Of a DNA stretch of 64,000 nucleotides, positions 45,216-53,500 are shown in pieces. Every line of letters starts with the position of its first letter. The first letter of the stretch is position 1. The translations under genes and the position numbers were made by a program. Source of the DNA: Paludibacteraceae bacterium (lineage in GTDB: Bacteria > Bacteroidota > Bacteroidia > Bacteroidales > Paludibacteraceae); the NCBI GenBank assembly GCA_017439235.1, contig JAFSJN010000005.1, forward strand, positions 3,066-67,065, given 5' to 3'. The notes beneath the pieces are model-generated. The model worked only from the letters and a program-made list of their open reading frames with translations, did no database searches and was not told the DNA's origin.

Positions 45216-46988
45216 TTAGAACTTTCCTGCCAATTCTTCGTCCGTAAGGACGGAAATAATAGTTTTTCCATCTTCGGTATAGCGGTAGTCGCTCAGGTGG
45301 AAGAGTTGGCTTATGAGGTCTTCTTTTTCGGCAGGTGTTAATGTCTTGCCATAAGGAATAGCTGTATCGGCCGCTAAGGCTAAGGCGATACGGCGGCGCC
45401 ACACGTCAGTGGCTGTAGTTCCTGTCTCGCGGACGGAAGAGAGGATATGTTGCAGGGTAGATATCGGATCTTGTCCGCTCAGCAGCGAGGGTACGCCACT
45501 GATGGAATACTGACGCGGGCCGAGTTGTTCGATATCGAACCCTATATGTCTGAGGTCTTCGGCGATGGTAGCAAATAGGAGCATATCATCAGCCGAGAGG
45601 TCCAGCACTTCGGGGAAGAGCAACTGCTGTACGGGTGCTTGTCCGTGCGACAGTTGGTCGATATAGGTCTTGTATAAAACGTGCGTATGAGCGCGATGTT
45701 GGTCCACAAACATCAGTCCTTCGGACGAAGGCACGAGCAGGTAGCGTCCGTGGTATTGGTATATATCGGACGGGATAGTGGGCTTGTCTTTTTCTTCTTG
45801 TGGCAGCTGCGGCTCGTAGAGCGATTGCCAATTGGCGGGTGCTGCTACAGGCCGCTCGTGTGTGCGCGTGAAAGGATTATAAGAGGTGTCTACCTGAATA
45901 GGCAGGCGGTTAGCCGGGCGATACGTGGAGGATGCATTAGGTGTTGGCATTTCGACGTATCCTTCGCGGTCGAAGTCGAGTGAGGGCGCTACATTAAACT
46001 TACCCAAAGCCTCGCGCACGGTGGCCAATAGGATTTGGAAGATAGGTTGTTCGTCTTGGAACTTAATCTCCGTCTTGGTGGGGTGGATATTGACGTCTAT
46101 ATTCTCCGGGTTGACCTCCATGCAGATAAAATAGGATGGTTCCTGGTCACCTGTGAGCAGGTTCGTATAGGCCGTCATTACCGCCTTGTGGAAATAGGGG
46201 TGACGCATAAAGCGTCCGTTGACAAAGAAGTATTGCCGTGCTCCTCGTCCGGCTGCTTCGGGTTTGCCTACCAATCCGCGGATAGTCACCAATTCCGTCT
46301 CGGTATGTATGTCAACGAGGTTGAGGGTGAAGGTAGGTTTGCTGGGTTTGCCGAATACCTGTTCGATGCGTTGCTTGAAAGAAGCTTCCGGCAATTCGTG
46401 CATTATCTCGTCGTTGTGGACGAAGGTGAATTGTACCTGAGGCCATACTAAGACGATGCGGTAGAACTCGCTGAGCAGGTTGCGCAACTCGGTCTGGTCG
46501 GTCTTGAGGAACTTACGGCGTACGGGAATGTTGAAGAAAAGGTTTTTGACCTTCATATTGGTGCCGACGGGACAGGTGGCGGGCTCTTGTCGTACTACTT
46601 GTGAGCCGTGTATCTCGAGCAGGGTGCCCACTTCATCTTCGGCTCGGCGTGTGAGCACTTCCACTTGTGCCACGGCGCATATACTGGGCAGCGCCTCACC
46701 ACGAAAGCCCATTGTACGCAAGTTGAACAGGTCGGCAGCTTCGCGTATCTTGGATGTAGCATGCCGTTCGAAAGCCATACGGGCGTCTGTCTCGCTCATG
46801 CCCTGACCGTTGTCGATAACTTGCAGCAGGGTGCGTCCGGCATCGCGCACGATGATTTGTATGCGCGTAGCACCGGCATCCAACGAGTTCTCCACTAATT
46901 CCTTGAGACAACTGGCGGGACGCTGAATCACTTCACCTGCGGCTATTTGGTTAGCAACAGAGTCGGGTAGGAGACGGATGACATCCAT
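45216..46988 (-). CDS. mutL: DNA mismatch repair endonuclease MutL
   Basis: 590 aa. IAAGEVIQRPASCLKELVENSLDAGA and GFRGEAL (GHKL ATPase) motifs, plus a C-terminal dimerisation region. Confidence 0.94.
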   Translation of the reverse strand: MDVIRLLPDSVANQIAAGEVIQRPASCLKELVENSLDAGATRIQIIVRDAGRTLLQVIDNGQGMSETDARMAFERHATSKIREAADLFNLRTMGFRGEALPSICAVAQVEVLTRRAEDEVGTLLEIHGSQVVRQEPATCPVGTNMKVKNLFFNIPVRRKFLKTDQTELRNLLSEFYRIVLVWPQVQFTFVHNDEIMHELPEASFKQRIEQVFGKPSKPTFTLNLVDIHTETELVTIRGLVGKPEAAGRGARQYFFVNGRFMRHPYFHKAVMTAYTNLLTGDQEPSYFICMEVNPENIDVNIHPTKTEIKFQDEQPIFQILLATVREALGKFNVAPSLDFDREGYVEMPTPNASSTYRPANRLPIQVDTSYNPFTRTHERPVAAPANWQSLYEPQLPQEEKDKPTIPSDIYQYHGRYLLVPSSEGLMFVDQHRAHTHVLYKTYIDQLSHGQAPVQQLLFPEVLDLSADDMLLFATIAEDLRHIGFDIEQLGPRQYSISGVPSLLSGQDPISTLQHILSSVRETGTTATDVWRRRIALALAADTAIPYGKTLTPAEKEDLISQLFHLSDYRYTEDGKTIISVLTDEELAGKF

Positions 46989-47221
46989 TAGCGTAAGAAG
47001 AGGTATAACAACAATCCGAGTACCAATAATGCTATCCAGAAGCCCAACTTAGAGCGATTGCGCATACGTTGGGTGGACATATTCTTCTCGTGTTCCTCGC
47101 GGAACGACCCGCGATGAAGGCGCGCAAGTTTGTCCTTGCGCGCCTCTTTTTCCTCATCGTAGTAAATGGGGCGATAGTCCCATTTCGGGGGTTGATTAAC
47201 TTTCGGAAATAATACCGACAT
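46988..47221 (-). CDS. Small hypothetical C-terminally anchored membrane protein
   Basis: 77 aa. It has 1-nt overlaps with the upstream TPR gene stop and the downstream mutL start. The middle is basic and the C-terminal TM is FWIALLVLGLLLYLFL. Confidence 0.6.
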   Translation of the reverse strand: MSVLFPKVNQPPKWDYRPIYYDEEKEARKDKLARLHRGSFREEHEKNMSTQRMRNRSKLGFWIALLVLGLLLYLFLR

Positions 47222-48912
47222 TATTTAACGATAGCTTTGAAAGCGTCGTCCTCGGCAAATTTCGCGAACTCGATGTCGTTAGCAGCTTTCTGCTTCATAG
47301 CGGCATCCTTAGCAACAGCCACTTTCAGGTTGCTGTAAACAGCCTCGCGGTCGTTGGTGCGGGCACCTACTACAGCGCTCAGATAAGCGGTGGTAGCGTT
47401 GGGTTCAGCTACAGCGGCCAGGGTCTTGCGAGCACCTGCGTAGTCCTCGTTGAGGATCTGTTGAACAGCGGCGTTGTTGCTGGCATTGTTGCCATAAGCG
47501 CTCTTAGCCTTAGCATAGTCACCCTTCATGGTGTAGAGGGTACCTTGAGCGGCGCGCAGGTCACCTTGTGTGCCGGCAGCCTTGCCAAGATAGGTCTCAG
47601 CCTTAGCTAAGTCGTTGTCAGCCATAGCAGCCAGAGCGGCGTTGTAGTTAACATCGGCATTGTTGGGAGCAATCTCCAGGGCCTTAGCATAGCAGCGGCG
47701 AGCCTCGTCGATGTTCTCTTGTGCGTAGTAGCACATACCCATGTTGTTCCATCCACGGTAGTCGGCAGCGTAGAACTCGGTAGTTTTCTTATAGATAGCC
47801 AGCTTAGCAGCGTTGTCGTTGGTGAGGGTAGCAGCATAGAGCAACTCCTCGACATTGAGTTTAGCGGGATCGTTAGCGGCCAGAGCGGCAATCTCCTCGT
47901 CGGATTTACCAATCAGGTCGGTAGTGAGGATGAGGCGGCTGCGACGCAGAGCGGGCAGGATCTCGTTAGCCAGAGTCTTGTAAACATTGCTCAGGTTCTT
48001 AATTTGAGCCTCGCGCTCTTCAGGATCGCTATACATAGCCAACACGCGCAGGATGACTTCTTTGTCTTGCAGGTTGCTAGCCTCAACGAGTTTCTGGAAA
48101 CCTTCCCAGTCCTCAGCGGTAACCTCCGATTCGATCTCGGCTTCTACTTTATCTTTCTTAATCTGTTGAGCCAGGAACTTCTGAGCGTTAGCCTGACGTT
48201 TTTCAGCCAATTTGCTGTTCAGGTCCATACCACCATCGGGGCTGGCGTAACCGGCAACCTCCAATTTATTGATGGCTTTCTTCTCGTTCTGGTCAGCCTC
48301 TTTAATAGCAGCTTTCAGGTCCTTGATGCTCTGGCTGGCGGTCTCGCTGTTGCGCAGGTTAGCCTGTTGGATCAGGAACTTGATGTCAGCTTCCTGCATC
48401 TCTTGGATGATGCGCTGGAATTTGTCGGCCGTGATTTGAGGTTCTACATCCTCGGCAACAGCCAACTTAGCGGTAGAGATAACGCCGTCAGCAACTTTTA
48501 CCTCAGGAATCTCAACGACTTTTTTACCCTTCTTAGCCTCAAAACGGAGCCACAATTCAGACTGAGCCATTTCGGGAACATAGTCGAAACTGGCGTTTTG
48601 CGAATAAGCGCCACCGGCTTTGTAGTTAACGGTTTTACCGTTCTCTTTAACTTTCTCACCTACATAGGTCTCGGGCTCGCCCAGAACTTCGGTGCCGTTG
48701 AATTTGAGCACGGGAGTAACGGTAACTACGGCGTTTTTAGCGAACTTCTTAGCAGGGAAAGTACCCGTAATCTGGGCATTTACCTTGTTGCCAACAACAG
48801 CCAGGGGATTAGGATTGACGCTGATTTGTTCGGGCTGAACAGGAGCGCCGCAAGAGGTCAGCATAGCTATCGCTATAACAGACACAAAAAAGATAGTTTT
48901 TTTCATAAGCAT
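47221..48912 (-). CDS. Lipoprotein with C-terminal tetratricopeptide repeats
   Basis: 563 aa. Signal plus lipobox AIAMLTSC. A central AGYASPDGGMDLNSKLAEKRQ motif is OmpA_C-like. TPR-like repeats fill the last ~200 aa. Confidence 0.8.
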   Translation of the reverse strand: MLMKKTIFFVSVIAIAMLTSCGAPVQPEQISVNPNPLAVVGNKVNAQITGTFPAKKFAKNAVVTVTPVLKFNGTEVLGEPETYVGEKVKENGKTVNYKAGGAYSQNASFDYVPEMAQSELWLRFEAKKGKKVVEIPEVKVADGVISTAKLAVAEDVEPQITADKFQRIIQEMQEADIKFLIQQANLRNSETASQSIKDLKAAIKEADQNEKKAINKLEVAGYASPDGGMDLNSKLAEKRQANAQKFLAQQIKKDKVEAEIESEVTAEDWEGFQKLVEASNLQDKEVILRVLAMYSDPEEREAQIKNLSNVYKTLANEILPALRRSRLILTTDLIGKSDEEIAALAANDPAKLNVEELLYAATLTNDNAAKLAIYKKTTEFYAADYRGWNNMGMCYYAQENIDEARRCYAKALEIAPNNADVNYNAALAAMADNDLAKAETYLGKAAGTQGDLRAAQGTLYTMKGDYAKAKSAYGNNASNNAAVQQILNEDYAGARKTLAAVAEPNATTAYLSAVVGARTNDREAVYSNLKVAVAKDAAMKQKAANDIEFAKFAEDDAFKAIVK

Positions 48913-48983
48913 AAACTTGTATTTGATATATGTTTTTTGCTTTATTTACGGGTGGACATTGTTATTCCACACCTTATCGGCCG

Positions 48984-49015
48984 CAAAATTACAAAATATT
49001 TCTGATATGTGCAAA
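48984..49015 (-). promoter_or_regulatory. Promoter for the TPR-lipoprotein / small protein / mutL string
   Basis: caaaatta at 48984-48991 (reverse complement TAATTTTG) and caaa at 49012-49015, 20-nt spacer. Confidence 0.7.
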
Positions 49016-49052
49016 TTTTTATTTCTTAATTTTTTATTTTTAGTGCAATTTA

Positions 49053-49084
49053 TTTGCATACGTGCGATCTTTTTTATACCTTTG
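49053..49084 (+). promoter_or_regulatory. Promoter for the 239-aa lipoprotein gene
   Basis: TTTG at 49053-49056 and TACCTTTG at 49077-49084, 20-nt spacer. It lies inside the track ORF extension, which supports ATG 49103. Confidence 0.7.
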
Positions 49085-49102
49085 CATCCAATTTTGGAAA
49101 GT

Positions 49103-49822
49103 ATGAAGCGTCATTTTGTATTTTTTGCGTTCTTTGTTGCCTGTGTGGCGACCGTGTGTTGGGGGCTTGTCTCGTGTGCCAAGCGTCCCTCGCGTGTAGA
49201 GGTCCTGCGAGCGGAGAAAGCCGCTAAGGATAGTACGACTTATGCGCATGCTGTTGCGACTGTGGCTTATTCTGATTCGTTGTTGCCCATTCGCTTGCAA
49301 CAGGCCGACTCGTTGCTTACTTTTTTTAGGTATGAGAAGAATGAAAAAGCCGAGGATCACGGGCATTATGTTCATAAGATGTTGGTGACGAGTGCAAATA
49401 CTTCGCGCAACTTCCTGCAGGCGTATGTGTCGGACAATCACCGGTTGAGTGTACAGAGTTATTACTACGGTTCGGGTGCGCATGACCAATATGGCGTGCG
49501 TATCGCGGATGGAGATTTGTATGTAGAGGTAGAAGGTTCGAATTATGCGTTCGATGTGGAAGGGCGTCACGAGATACTGACGGTAACGGATGATGACGCG
49601 TTACGTCTGCTGGCTTTTGTGGCAGAACGTGAGACTGCGCGGCTGAAGGTGACGTCCTTGGGCAAACGCACGGTACAATATATATTGTCGGACAAGGAGA
49701 AACGGGCGTTAGCCGATACGTATGCGCTTGCCTTGGTGATGCGCGATATCGACCATTTAGAACGGGCTATTCATACTGCCAGAATGCAGATGGATAAGTA
49801 CGAAAAAAAGCACCGGCAATGA
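49103..49822 (+). CDS. Hypothetical lipoprotein
   Basis: Start trimmed to MKRHFVFFAFFVACVATVCWGLVSC (signal plus lipobox). 239 aa. I recognise no motif. Confidence 0.7.
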   Translation: MKRHFVFFAFFVACVATVCWGLVSCAKRPSRVEVLRAEKAAKDSTTYAHAVATVAYSDSLLPIRLQQADSLLTFFRYEKNEKAEDHGHYVHKMLVTSANTSRNFLQAYVSDNHRLSVQSYYYGSGAHDQYGVRIADGDLYVEVEGSNYAFDVEGRHEILTVTDDDALRLLAFVAERETARLKVTSLGKRTVQYILSDKEKRALADTYALALVMRDIDHLERAIHTARMQMDKYEKKHRQ

Positions 49823-49860
49823 GCTGATGCTTTTCTTTTTCTTTAGCATAAAGTAACATT

Positions 49861-50298
49861 TTAATCATCGTAGTCCATTCCGATGAGTTGGAAGGACTTA
49901 GTGAACTTCAACTCGACGCGGTTGTTGAGGGTAATCTCATAGTCGTCGCGGTCGACGGAGTACTTGATGATGTAGCAGTCGGGATATCTCTGTCCGGCCA
50001 TCTTAACGATCGGAGCGGGGATGACTGCGGGAGGCACGGGAGCGCCGCTCATCATGTCAACTTTGTCAATTGTGCCGTTGCCGTTAAATTCCCATTTATC
50101 CATGTTGTTCATCGTCACGTCATAGTCGGCAAAAGGACCGAAACCGTCTTGGGTGATAAACATGATTTCTGCGGGATTGGCATGTTGCGTCAGTATCTCC
50201 TGAGCTTTTGCAGGGAGTTGCTCAAACGAAATGGGGCTGTCGTCTGCGCAGGCTGTAATAGCAAGCGCGCAGAGTACGGTAAAGAGTAATTTTCTCAT
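49861..50298 (-). CDS. PepSY-like (DUF2874-type) small lipoprotein
   Basis: 145 aa. Signal plus lipobox LAITAC. The two-lobed LPAKAQEIL...YDV / ...YEITLNNRVELKF pattern matches my recollection of the Bacteroidales PepSY-like beta-lactamase-inhibitor-like family. Confidence 0.7.
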   Translation of the reverse strand: MRKLLFTVLCALAITACADDSPISFEQLPAKAQEILTQHANPAEIMFITQDGFGPFADYDVTMNNMDKWEFNGNGTIDKVDMMSGAPVPPAVIPAPIVKMAGQRYPDCYIIKYSVDRDDYEITLNNRVELKFTKSFQLIGMDYDD

Positions 50299-50329
50299 GC
50301 TTCAAGTTGTTTAATGTTTAATTTGGCTG

Positions 50330-50361
50330 CAAAGGTACTGCTTTTTTGCGATATGTGCAAA
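50330..50361 (-). promoter_or_regulatory. Promoter for the PepSY-like gene
   Basis: caaaggta at 50330-50337 and caaa at 50358-50361, 20-nt spacer. Confidence 0.7.
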
Positions 50362-50402
50362 TTTTTCTTAATTTCTATGCTAAAAAAAAAATCCAAACTT
50401 CA

Positions 50403-50468
50403 ACGACTCAACTACGAGACTGGAACGAGGGAATCACGAGACATTAACGAGGCATTAACGAGAGTAAA
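50403..50468. repeat. Six helically phased 11-bp units with an invariant ACGA(G/C) core
   Basis: ACGAC at 50403, then ACGAG at 50414, 50425, 50436, 50447 and 50458, spaced exactly 11 nt apart. The units are acgactcaact / acgagactgga / acgagggaatc / acgagacatta / acgaggcatta / acgagagtaaa. Confidence 0.85.
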
Positions 50469-50510
50469 ATGTAAAAATCTGTTCATAAGTTACTTAAAAA
50501 TGAAGAAAAA

Positions 50511-50542
50511 TTTGCGTATATGAAAAAGTTTTTGTATTTTTG
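50511..50542 (+). promoter_or_regulatory. Promoter for the giant ORF
   Basis: TTTG at 50511-50514 and TATTTTTG at 50535-50542, 20-nt spacer. The TTG used as the track ORF start (50540) lies inside the -7 box. Confidence 0.7.
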
Positions 50543-50569
50543 CGGCCAATTTTTAATGTACCTATTAAA

Positions 50570-53500
50570 ATGGCTTGTAAAATGCACATGAAAAGCATGA
50601 GAAATATACGTAGTTGGTCAGTATGCGCTTTGATGTGTGTGGCGCTTTTTTGCTCTCCTGCGCGCATGCATGCTGACGGATGGACGCCGACGGATGGTGG
50701 TTTGGTAGTGAACCTTGAGCAAGGTGATCGCTTCCTGCTGTCGGTAATGGTGGATCATGATAATAACCCGTCCACACCGGATCGAGAGTATTTCGTTGTC
50801 AATTATTCGCGATATGAGGGCGATGACTATTTCCATTACAAGAAAAATGATAAATTCATATATGCGGAAGGTAAACACCTCAAGTTAGCGCAACAGGATG
50901 CCCATGCGACGGAGCCGTCGGAGATGTCCATCTGGTCGGTAGGTGCACCCTTGACACGTGTAATCGGCGGTAAGGATTATTCGTTGGGCGCGAATGCCGG
51001 CCATGTGTATACGATCTGGAATGATGGTAAGACGCTGAGAATGAACAATACCAGCTACCAGTTCTTTGGCGATCTGACGAGTGATTACAACTACAAAGAT
51101 GCTGCAGATGTGGTATTTGTCATTCCGACAACTCATACCGGTATCACTTCTTTTGACCCGAATAAGACCTTAAAAGAGATATATAAACGCGAGGATCAAG
51201 ATGCGACTACTGGTTTGATCAATGGTAAGATCGGAAAGGGTTTCTTGGGCATGACCTACCGCGAGGTATATATGTTGGATATCCCTAAACAGAACAACCC
51301 TATATCGTACACGAATGCATCGCTGGTCTGCTTTAATACTACTGCCAAGGATACAACCTATGCAAAACCCAATGCCGGTTCCGGCCTTAAGGTGGGAAGC
51401 GGTATGCCAGTATATGCCTTTGCGGATCCCAAGCATAGAGCGACGGTCCGTACGCTCTTCCGTCTCTATTTGCTGGATAAACCGTTCAATTATTGCAGCA
51501 GTTATTTCTTTGCGACGGATGGGCAGGACTTCATGAACTACCGCTATACGCAGAGCTTGCCCGGAGATAGTACGGCGAAGAAGAAAATCTACACCATCGA
51601 TTGGATGAGCCCGATGAAGCGTGTCGGTACCTCTGATACCTTCAAAACGGACTTTATGACGGTGCCTACGGATGATAGTACGTGTTACTATGTCGGATAC
51701 AAAAACGATTTCCGTACCACGGGAGAGTCTTTAGGTTCGAATACCGCCAAGTCGGCCTTCAAGAAGATACGTACCTTACCGCTGACGACTTTACCGTCAC
51801 CTTTCGTGGTGCCGGCTGGTGCGTATGGACAGATGGTCGTAGATACGAGTTCAACGGATAACAACTTAGGCGTCAAGTTCGAACCCGCGGGCTATTTCCT
51901 GAAGGTTAGTTCCGGTAAAAACGTCAGCATGCATGATAACGGCGATGGTACCTGGATAACCGAAGAGATGTGGACGATTAACGAGGAATGGGTAGGAAAA
52001 ACTATCAAAGCCACGCTGATGACCGGCGCCAGTTTTAGCGAGACCGACCCGGGAGCGGATGTGGCAGGATGGAGTATTGACGTATCCGGATCGGATGTGC
52101 CGGTAAAGGATCACAGCGATTGGACTCCGGTAGGTCAGTCCGGTTATGCGCAGATCACGACCAGTAGTAATGAAGCAAACGGAGATATGGTCTTTATCTT
52201 AGCGGATCAAACGAAATGGCTTCGCTATGACAACAACGGTTTAGTAGGCTTGGAGATGCCGCTCCAGTATCCTTTGGAAGGTAAAAGTTCTGTAACGCTG
52301 ATGGCGCCTCGTATCAAACCGGGATATACGTTCTACGGTTGGTGCGAGAAAGCCGATGGTTCGAGTGATACCTTAAAGGTGGGCAGTACTTATACATTGA
52401 CAGGAACAGGCGCCGACACGCTATATGCACTTGCTTCGTATGAAGGTACGTTGCATATTGCGATATCGTTTAAAAAGGACGACGGCAAGCGTTACTTCCT
52501 TACCCACCCGGGAACGGGTACCGGTTTCCGTTATGCCCGTGCCCGTCATTTCGATAGTTGGGTAAATACCTGGCAGGGCATGGAGAACGCGCAAAACCTC
52601 AACCCGAACTACCTCAGTACATATGAGGTACGGCACCCGATAGCGAAGATCAAGAAGAAAGACGACGGCGTTATATCCGACATATCTCCCAAAGAGCATG
52701 TGTTGGACCCGCGAAGCTACACGATGAAGGGGCAGACGGACTCGCTGACGTTCTACGAGAACTTCCACCCGACCCATGATGAGTACCTCGGTTTGTACTA
52801 TCAGAGTCCAAACACTATCTTGGCGAACAACACCTGGGCGGGCTTATTCACAACGACCAGTACCGCTCCTACCAGTTGGCCGACCTATTTAGTACCGTAT
52901 ATCGAAAGTGCTAAAATCAAATCCGAGCGGTATGTAGAGGAGTATGATAAGGAGAATAAACCCGATTCGCTGATTCTCAAAAGGCGTATTAATTACACGG
53001 AGCCGTATGTGAAATATGACACTGTAAATGATCAGTTTAACGGACAAGCCGATTCGGCGACTGCCACGGATTTCCAGCTGACGGCTGTATCTGTATCGGA
53101 CGAGCACTATGTCCTGCTGCCGGATACGGCATATGCGTGGCAGGACACGATCACCTTCGATTACCATCAGGCGAGACAGACGACGGAAGATATATGGTCG
53201 GCATTGGTCGGTAAGCAGTTGATGGCGGTAATGGTAGTAGATCGCGATACGGTTTATTTCCACCCGAACCGCAAGAAGCATATCACGGACCCGAACGACC
53301 TGTATCTGTCTCCGGAGTTCCGTATAACGCAGCTCTTTAAATGGATTCCGGATAGCCGTGTAACGACGGTAGCGGAAGAGAACCGTGTGGCCCATTCGAC
53401 AACCGATCACTACTGGCATCATACTGTTACCAGCGGTATGAACAGTCCGATGGACGTGAAGGATAAGAGCGGTAACTATATCGATATCGTCGATACGTTC

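Noticed and set aside
50351-50521. A 17/19 inverted repeat (atatgtgcaaatttttctt at 50351-50369 versus aagaaaaatttgcgtatat at 50503-50521) bracketing the region upstream of the giant ORF; considered as a possible invertible (phase-variable) promoter
   Set aside because: The two arms are simply the extended -33 regions (AAAAATTTGCrYAT) of two divergent promoters, and the same sequence recurs at many other promoters in the window. The promoter -7 boxes lie outside the repeat, so inversion would not switch them. No recombinase gene is nearby.
50540-50569. N-terminal extensions in the ORF track: giant ORF from TTG 50540, parE from 4197, ackA from 25073, ompA-like from 26030, clpX from 33555, fabF from 44832, lipoprotein from 48917
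   Set aside because: Each extension runs through a promoter box or an upstream gene's end and encodes junk-like sequence. In each case a downstream ATG gives the conserved N-terminus or a proper signal peptide.
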